The notes below the pieces were generated by a model that was not told where the DNA came from, did no database searches, and saw nothing but the letters and a program-made list of their open reading frames with translations. The position numbers and the translations under genes are program-made. Source: Xanthomonas campestris pv. campestris str. ATCC 33913 (GTDB lineage: Bacteria > Pseudomonadota > Gammaproteobacteria > Xanthomonadales > Xanthomonadaceae). Taken from it: 32,000 nt of DNA. Where the stretch lies: assembly GCF_000007145.1 (NCBI RefSeq), contig NC_003902.1, positions 430,325-462,324 on the forward strand, written 5' to 3'. This document shows positions 26,462-32,000 of this stretch, in pieces. Each line of letters starts with the position of its first letter. The first letter of the stretch is position 1.

Positions 26462-27346
26462 TTAGTCCTGGCGGCGGCGGATCGGGATCGCGCCCACCGG
26501 CACGCTGGCGATGTCCTGCCCGCGTTCGCGGATCGGAGCGCCCGGCGCCGGTGCCCAGGCGTGCGCGTAGATGACTTCCCACGAACTGGGCAGGGTGCCA
26601 TCGGGCCGCCGCAGGGGTTCGTAGGCCGCACTGGCGGCGGCGAAGCGGCCGCGGCCGGTCAGCGTGGCGCGGCGGTTGCTGAGCGCATTGGTGGCGCCCA
26701 TCGCGCGCAACTCGCGCATCAAGGCCGGCAGGTCGTTGTAGGTGAGGGTGAACAGGTCGCGGTCCAGCACCGGGTCGCGGAAGCCGGACATCATCAGCGC
26801 ATCGCCAAACTGCGCAATCGGCGGGAACCGGCTCACATGCGGGGCCGGGTCGGCCTGCGCGAAGGCCTCGCGCAGTTCGATCAACGTTTCCGGGCCGAAG
26901 GTGGAGCACAGCAGCAGGCCGCCGGGCCGCAACGCACGCCGAAAGCCGGCAAACACCGCCGGCAGGTCTTCCACCCACTGCAGGCACAGATTGCTGAAGA
27001 TCACATCCACGCTGCCATCGGCCACCGGCAGCGCGCGGGCATCGGCGCAGACCTGCGCAAACGGCTTCCACCAACCCGCAGTCTTGCGCGCCTGGCGCAG
27101 CATCGGCAGTGCCTGGTCGAGCGCGATCACCTGCGCCTTGGGCCAGCGTTTCTTGATCGTGGCGCTGGCATGGCCCGGGCCGGCACCCACATCCAGCACC
27201 ACCTTGGGCGCGGTGTCGCCGAGATAGTCGAGCGACTCCAGCAGGCGCGTTTCCACCTCGCGTTGCAGGGCGGCGGCGGCGGCATAGCTGCTGGCGGCAC
27301 GCGCGAAGGCGCGCCGGACGTGGCGGGGGTCGAAAGTGCTGTTCAT
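26462..27346 (-). CDS. bioC: malonyl-[ACP] O-methyltransferase
   Basis: 294-aa ORF with the SAM motif VLDVGAGPG and the BioC-like N-terminus (VRRAFARAASSYAAAAALQREV..RLLE). CLQWVEDLPAVFAGFRRALRPGGLLLCSTFGP..L.ELR is also present. Located in the bio context. Confidence 0.82.
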   Translation of the reverse strand: MNSTFDPRHVRRAFARAASSYAAAAALQREVETRLLESLDYLGDTAPKVVLDVGAGPGHASATIKKRWPKAQVIALDQALPMLRQARKTAGWWKPFAQVCADARALPVADGSVDVIFSNLCLQWVEDLPAVFAGFRRALRPGGLLLCSTFGPETLIELREAFAQADPAPHVSRFPPIAQFGDALMMSGFRDPVLDRDLFTLTYNDLPALMRELRAMGATNALSNRRATLTGRGRFAAASAAYEPLRRPDGTLPSSWEVIYAHAWAPAPGAPIRERGQDIASVPVGAIPIRRRQD

Positions 27347-27442
27347 TGCCGCGCTATTGTCGCCGCTGCACGCCGCCGAGGGAATTGCCGCAGCGACACG
27401 GTGTGATGCGCGGCGGCGTGTTGATGCGCAGCGCCAGTGGCG

Positions 27443-28225
27443 TCAAAACGTGCCCGGGTAGGCGCCGCCGTCGATCAGCAGGTTCTGTCCGGTGATGTAG
27501 CCGGCCTGGGCACTGCACAGGAATGCGCAGGCCGCGCCGAACTCGTCCGGCTCGCCAAAGCGCCCGGCCGGGATGCCGGCGCGTTTGTGCGCGGCCACCG
27601 CCTCGGCGCTGGTGCCTTGTTGCTCGGCGATCGCGGCGAAGTTGCCGCGCAGCCGGTCGGTGGCGAACTGGCCCGGCAACAGGTTGTTGAGGGTGACGTT
27701 GTCGGCCACGGTGCTGCGCGCCAGCCCGGCCACGAAGCCGGTGAGACCGGCGCGCGCGCCGTTGGACAGGCCCAGGATGTCGATCGGCGCCTTCACCGCG
27801 CTGGAGGTGATGTTGACGATGCGGCCGAAGCGCCGCGCGCGCATCGCATCGACCGTGGCGCGGATCAGTTCGATCGGGGCCAGCATGTTGGCGTCGAGCG
27901 CACGCAGCCAGTCCGCGCGCTCCCACTGACGGAAATCGCCCGGCGGCGGCCCGCCGGCGTTGTTGATCAGGATGTCGACCTGCGGGCAGGCGGCCAGCGC
28001 AGCGGCACGGCCTTCGCTGGTGGTGATGTCGGCGACGACGCTGCGTACCTCACCCGCGCCGGGCAGGGCGCGCAAGTTGCTGGCGGACTGCTCCAAAGCC
28101 TCGCGGCCACGCGCGACAATCACGACATTGGCGCCTTCGCGTGCCAGCGCCTGTGCGCAGCCCAGTCCCAGGCCCTTGCTGGCGGCACATACCAAGGCCC
28201 AGCGCCCGGCGATTCCCAGATCCAT
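27443..28225 (-). CDS. atypical short-chain dehydrogenase/reductase (beta-ketoacyl-ACP-reductase-like SDR lacking the canonical Tyr-x3-Lys)
   Basis: ORF 27443..28240. I prefer the start MDLGIAGR (ATG at 28225-28223) behind AAGGAG. It has a Rossmann motif variant CAASKGLG, NNAG and the catalytic-region Ser (NITSSAV). At the expected YxxxK position the sequence is GLSNGARAG, with no Tyr and Arg in place of Lys. Confidence 0.8.
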   Translation of the reverse strand: MDLGIAGRWALVCAASKGLGLGCAQALAREGANVVIVARGREALEQSASNLRALPGAGEVRSVVADITTSEGRAAALAACPQVDILINNAGGPPPGDFRQWERADWLRALDANMLAPIELIRATVDAMRARRFGRIVNITSSAVKAPIDILGLSNGARAGLTGFVAGLARSTVADNVTLNNLLPGQFATDRLRGNFAAIAEQQGTSAEAVAAHKRAGIPAGRFGEPDEFGAACAFLCSAQAGYITGQNLLIDGGAYPGTF

Positions 28226-28451
28226 GCGGTGCTCCTTCAATCAACGAATGCGCATGATCGGTGATCGCGGCTGCACGGCGTGTGGTGGTGGATCGGACAG
28301 TGTGTTGATTGGCGGTGGTCCCAGGAGTGATCTCGCATTGCGTGGCGATCAGCCGTGACTGCAATGGCTGTGAGAGGTGGCTGCGATGCGTGCTGCGTGA
28401 TTGCCGCGGCTCATGGGCGCGGTGGCGCCAGGACGGCATGAGCTCATCATC

Positions 28452-28620
28452 TCAGGTGTGCGTTGTAGTTAATCGGGCGCACATCCTGCGCAGGATGCGC
28501 GCACCCGTCTTCTCATCCGGGATCAGCAGTTCGTCGATGCGGATTGAAACGCCTGAGTGGGTCGCGTACGCACAGCCCGGTGTACGGCAGCTTGTCGACG
28601 TACAAGCGCGTGTCCTTCAG
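28452..28620 (-). pseudogene. possible frameshifted gene remnant in the bioH-SDR gap
   Basis: Two adjacent minus-strand frames show strong G/C third-position bias. The first, LKDTRLYVDKLPYTGLCVRDPL, has 20 of 22 codons ending in G/C. The second, one frame away, IRIDELLIPDEKTGARILRRMCA, has 20 of 23. There is no start codon, no RBS and no family I can name. Confidence 0.25.
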
Positions 28621-29017
28621 GCCCGGCAGACGTAGCTGGCGTTGATCAGGCGCGAGGGGCTGTTGCACTGACCGTCGATAGCGACGGGAAACAAAAAAAC
28701 AGTGTGCTGCGTGCAGTGCGATTCGCACTGTGGCGCGGAGAGGCGGGAGTGCGCCATGCGCGATCTTGGATGGTATGGCACCGAAAGCGGCTGACGAGAT
28801 AGTTGCATCTGCAGCGTTCGCGCATTGCGTTATCGATGTACTGGGTAGGCTCAGGCCTGCGTCAGCGGAAGTGCACCCCATCCAACGCAGCTCACGATTG
28901 CTTGCGGCCAGTGAATCCTCACTACACGCCGCAGGCCGACGTGAAGCCTTCGCCATGCACCTGCGCGCGGGCAGATGCACCTTGCTGCCGCGTCGCATCA
29001 CACACGGTGTGCATCTC

Positions 29018-29779
29018 TCAGGGCAGCGCTGCAACAAAGCGGTGCAACGCCTCGGCCACCTGGTCGGCGTGGCCCAGGAACGGTGCATGTCCGCCGCCGT
29101 CGATGGTGAGTGCCTGTGCGTGTGGCGCGCGCGCAGCCGCGGCATGCATGCCGGCGGCCGGCACCAGGCGGTCGCGTTGCCCGGCGATCCACAGGCTGGG
29201 CCGCGCAAGCGTTGCCAGCGCGCGGCGCAGGTCGGTGCGTTCGAGCAGGCCCAGGCCATCCTGCAGCGCGCTGGCTGCCGGTTCGCCGCGCGCGGTGAGC
29301 GTCTCGCGCAGGCTGCGCAATTCGCTGCGCGCATGCGCCGAGCCCAGCGTGTCCAGGGCGAGAAACCGGTCGAGCGTGCCGCGGTAATCGCGCGCAAGAT
29401 CCTGGCCGAATTGCACGAAGACCTCGCGTTCCACCGCATCGGGCCAGTCGCTGCCACGCACGAAGCGCGGCGTGGCGGCGATCATCGCCAGCGCGCGGAC
29501 CTGCGGTTGGGTGGCCGCTGCATGCAGTGCGAACAGGCCGCCCAACGACCAGCCCACCCAGACCGCCGCCGGCGTGGCCGCGGCGATTGCGGCCACCACG
29601 TGCGGCAAGGCCAGCGGCGTAGTGTCGTCGTGGCTGAAGCCATGCCCGGGCAGGTCCACCAGATGCAGTTGGTAGTGCGGTGCCAGGCGCTCCACCAAGG
29701 GTGCGAACACACCGCCATGCAGTGCCCAGCCGTGCAGAAGAACCAGTGCCGGCCCGTGGCCGATGACGTCGATATGCAT
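29018..29779 (-). CDS. bioH: pimeloyl-[ACP] methyl ester carboxylesterase
   Basis: ORF 29018..29926. I prefer the start MHIDVIGHGPALVLLHGW (ATG at 29779-29777). It is an alpha/beta hydrolase with nucleophile elbow GWSLGG and a C-terminal GGGHAPFLGHADQV. Located in the bio context. Confidence 0.82.
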   Translation of the reverse strand: MHIDVIGHGPALVLLHGWALHGGVFAPLVERLAPHYQLHLVDLPGHGFSHDDTTPLALPHVVAAIAAATPAAVWVGWSLGGLFALHAAATQPQVRALAMIAATPRFVRGSDWPDAVEREVFVQFGQDLARDYRGTLDRFLALDTLGSAHARSELRSLRETLTARGEPAASALQDGLGLLERTDLRRALATLARPSLWIAGQRDRLVPAAGMHAAAARAPHAQALTIDGGGHAPFLGHADQVAEALHRFVAALP

Positions 29780-29810
29780 GCGCGTAGTGTCGCCGATCAC
29801 GCGTGCTGGG

Positions 29811-30176
29811 TCAGGTAGCTGCGGCCTCGGCGCGCAACGCGGCCACGCGTGGGCCAAGCCAACGCCACTGCGCACGTGCGTAGCCGCGCCAGCACCAGCG
29901 ATCGGGCCAGCGCCACGCGCGCGCACGGTGTGCGGCGATGGCCGCGCTCAACCACGCCGGATCGAAGCCGTCCCACACGCCGGCCACGCTGTACACATTG
30001 CTGCGCAGCACCGGGTGCACGTCGTGCAACAACATCGTGCGCAGCTGTTCCAGCGAAAACGGCGACTCCGCCAGGCAGCGCACGATGCGCGCGTGCATGG
30101 CATCGACTGCGGTGTCCAGATACAGCTCGGCCATTGCCTCCCACACGCGGCGTTGCGCCGGCGTCGGGGTGTGCAT
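29811..30176 (-). CDS. conserved-looking hypothetical protein (121 aa) embedded between bioF and bioH
   Basis: This ORF is hidden as the C-terminal third of track ORF 29811..31259, whose first ~360 codons are an out-of-frame shadow of bioF. The ATG at 30176-30174 lies 2 nt after the bioF stop. Sequence: MHTPTPAQRRVWEAMAELYLDTAVDAMHARIVRCLAESPFSLEQLRTMLLHDVHPVLRSNVYSVAGVWDGFDPAWL... G/C third-position bias is very strong. The stop lies 31 nt before the bioH ATG. Confidence 0.6.
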   Translation of the reverse strand: MHTPTPAQRRVWEAMAELYLDTAVDAMHARIVRCLAESPFSLEQLRTMLLHDVHPVLRSNVYSVAGVWDGFDPAWLSAAIAAHRARAWRWPDRWCWRGYARAQWRWLGPRVAALRAEAAAT

Positions 30177-30178
30177 AC

Positions 30179-31384
30179 TCAGGCCAGCGCGCGCTGCGGC
30201 TGGCGGCTGACCACATCGCGCGCCTGCACGATGGCATCGACCAGGGCCTGCACCTGTTGCGGCGTGTGCAATGCCGACAACGTCACCCGCAGCCGCGCCT
30301 TGCCTTCGGGCACGGTGGGCGGGCGGATTGCACCGACCATGAAGCCGGCTTGCTCCAGCGCCGCAGACATCGCCATCACGGTGGGTTCCTCGCCGCACAG
30401 CAGCGGCTGGATGGGGGTGTCCGAGGCCATCAGTTCGAACCCATGCCGGCGCGCGCCATCGCGGAATGTGCCGATCAGTTCGGTCAGCCGCGTGCGGCGC
30501 CAATCGTCGCGACGCGCCAGGCGCACCGCAGCCAGGGTGGCGGCCACCTGCGCGGGCGGCAGCGCGGTGGTGTAGATGTACGGGCGCGCGGTTTCGGCCA
30601 GATGGCGGATCAGCGCTTCTTCGCCCACCACCACCGCGCCATAGCCGCCCAGGGCCTTGCCCAGGGTCACCAGTTGCAGCGGCACTTCGGCCACGCCGAG
30701 CCCGGCATCGGCCACGCAACCGCGGCCCTGCGGCCCCAGCACGCCCACGCCGTGCGCATCGTCGACATAGAACAAGGCCTCCTGCATGCGCGCGACCAGG
30801 CTCAGCGCACGCAGTGGCGCAACGTCGCCATCCATGCTGAAAACACCGTCGCTGGCGAGCATTGCCGCGCCCTCCGGCGCGCCCTTGAGCTGGCGCATCG
30901 CGCCTTCCACATCCAGGTGCGGGTAGCGGCGCAACCGGCAGCCGGCCAGGCGCGTGGCATCCAGCAGGCTGGCGTGATTGAGCCGGTCCTGCACGCAGAC
31001 ATCGTCTTCTTCGCTGAGCAGCGCCTGCTGCACGGCCAGGTTGGCGATGAAGCCGCTGCCGAACAGCAGCGCCGACGGATAGCCCAGCCATTCGGCGATG
31101 TCGCGCTCCAGCGTTTCGTGCGCGGTGTGATGGCCGCAGATCAGATGCGAAGCAGTCGCCCCGGCACCATCGCGCGCGGCGGCATCCTGCAGCGCGGCCA
31201 CCACTTCGAACTGCTGCGACAGCCCCAGGTAATCGTTGGAGCAGAAACCGGTCAGCCAACGCCCATCGATTTCCAGGCGCACGCCGTCGCGGCGGCCCAC
31301 CTGCCGCCGCACCCGCACCCGCTCCTGGGCCACGCGCAATTTGCGCAGCGACGAAATCCGTTCGTGCAGATCGGGGCGAGCCAT
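30179..31384 (-). CDS. bioF: 8-amino-7-oxononanoate synthase
   Basis: 401-aa ORF of the PLP alpha-oxoamine synthase family (…FCSNDYLGL…, [24 protein letters not shown], the PLP-Lys region TLGKALG). Sits between bioB and bioH. Confidence 0.92.
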   Translation of the reverse strand: MARPDLHERISSLRKLRVAQERVRVRRQVGRRDGVRLEIDGRWLTGFCSNDYLGLSQQFEVVAALQDAAARDGAGATASHLICGHHTAHETLERDIAEWLGYPSALLFGSGFIANLAVQQALLSEEDDVCVQDRLNHASLLDATRLAGCRLRRYPHLDVEGAMRQLKGAPEGAAMLASDGVFSMDGDVAPLRALSLVARMQEALFYVDDAHGVGVLGPQGRGCVADAGLGVAEVPLQLVTLGKALGGYGAVVVGEEALIRHLAETARPYIYTTALPPAQVAATLAAVRLARRDDWRRTRLTELIGTFRDGARRHGFELMASDTPIQPLLCGEEPTVMAMSAALEQAGFMVGAIRPPTVPEGKARLRVTLSALHTPQQVQALVDAIVQARDVVSRQPQRALA

Positions 31385-31483
31385 GGCGTTCGTCGACAGC
31401 GGAAGAGGGCCGCTAGCGTAGCGTGCCGGGCCCAGCGCGCCCAGCCGGCACCGACGGCCGGTGCTAGCTGGGCGCTGATGCGG

Positions 31484-32000
31484 TCAGGCCGCGTGTTCGC
31501 ACGCCGCGCCGCAGGTGATGTCCGCATGCACGGTGCCGGGGTGGTCGTGCTCGGCGGCGTCGACGGTGATCTGCATCGGGCGCAGGCCCAGCCGCTGGAA
31601 CAACCCCTGGTCGCGCTCGGTATCAGGGTTGCCGGTGGTGAGCAGCTTTTCGCCGTAGAAGATCGAGTTGGCACCGGCCAGGAAGCACAGCGCCTGCAGT
31701 TCGTCGCTCATCGCCTCGCGGCCGGCGGACAGGCGCACCATCGACTTGGGCATGGCGATGCGCGCCACCGCGATCATGCGCACGAACTCGAATGCATCCA
31801 GGGGCTCGGTGCCGTGCAATGGAGTGCCGGGAACCTGCACCAACTGGTTGATCGGCACCGAGTCCGGGTGCGCTGGCAACGTTGCCAGCGCGTGCAACAA
31901 GCCGACGCGGTGCTCACGGGTTTCGCCCATGCCGACGATGCCGCCGCAGCAGGTCTTCAAGCCCACATCGCGCACGTGCTCCAGGGTGTTCAGGCGGTCT
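31484..32000 (-). CDS. bioB: biotin synthase, C-terminal ~170 codons (gene runs off the right edge)
   Basis: Track ORF 31484..31975 starts at an internal Met, and the frame stays open to the window edge. …[14 protein letters not shown]…[11 protein letters not shown]…[15 protein letters not shown]…[16 protein letters not shown] is typical of a BioB C-terminus. Confidence 0.9.
   Translation of the reverse strand, partial: DRLNTLEHVRDVGLKTCCGGIVGMGETREHRVGLLHALATLPAHPDSVPINQLVQVPGTPLHGTEPLDAFEFVRMIAVARIAMPKSMVRLSAGREAMSDELQALCFLAGANSIFYGEKLLTTGNPDTERDQGLFQRLGLRPMQITVDAAEHDHPGTVHADITCGAACEHAA

Noticed and set aside
28513-29818. ORFs 28513..29457 (minus strand, 314 aa) and 28730..29818 (plus strand, 362 aa), which appear to fill the bioH-SDR gap
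   Set aside because: Most of their length is an alternate-frame or antisense overlap of bioH. The parts inside the gap lack coding bias, apart from the short remnant reported as a possible pseudogene.
30177-31259. N-terminal ~360 codons of the 482-aa minus-strand ORF 29811..31259
   Set aside because: This part is an out-of-frame overlap of bioF and reads as Arg/Ala/Gly/Pro junk. Only the last 121 codons, from the ATG at 30176 just after the bioF stop, look like a real protein, and they are reported separately.
31440-31472. Stem-loop CCCAGC-CG-GCACCG-ACGGC-CGGTGC-TA-GCTGGG between bioB and bioF
   Set aside because: It is a real inverted repeat, but short, interrupted by an internal loop and without a U-tract. 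It is probably just an inter-cistronic structure, and I could not tie it to any known bio operator (BirA-type) motif.

Overview
This is a very GC-rich, densely coding segment that reads as ordinary chromosomal core DNA. Gene content, gene order and a REP-like palindrome suggest a Xanthomonas-type gammaproteobacterium, but that is an inference and was not searched.

Genes from left to right:
- The glycerol regulon lies on the minus strand: glpR, glpD, glpF and glpK, with glpK truncated by the left edge.
- vanA-vanB (vanillate O-demethylase, minus strand) is divergent from a complete protocatechuate/beta-ketoadipate cluster, pcaIJF-pcaHG-pcaB-pcaD-pcaC (plus strand).
- Next come a secreted alpha/beta hydrolase, an IclR-family (PcaR/PcaU-like) regulator, a bacterial RIO-type kinase, an HSL-family esterase and a DUF2490-like outer-membrane protein.
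- mnmG (gidA) is followed by a 550-bp structured intergenic region.
- After that come a Gly/Tyr/Pro-rich lipoprotein, a PLP-dependent dehydratase, a DUF218 protein, a SnoaL-like protein and lpxO.
- A split biotin cluster on the minus strand ends the window: bioB (truncated by the right edge), bioF, an orphan 121-aa ORF, bioH, a 780-bp gap, an atypical SDR and bioC.

I found no CRISPR array, tRNA or rRNA gene, transposase, integrase or phage gene, and no recognisable defence or toxin module. I therefore cannot support a large novel multi-gene system here.

The best leads are small:
1. An unannotated ORF translationally coupled between bioF and bioH.
2. A catalytic-Tyr-less SDR and a decayed gap inside the bio cluster.
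3. An orphan plus-strand intrinsic terminator (candidate sRNA) next to a perfect TGTGA-N6-TCACA box upstream of mnmG.
4. Clear operator-like palindromes for the glp and pca regulators.

Many long ORFs in the supplied track are antisense or out-of-frame shadow ORFs, which are typical of high-GC DNA, and were rejected.
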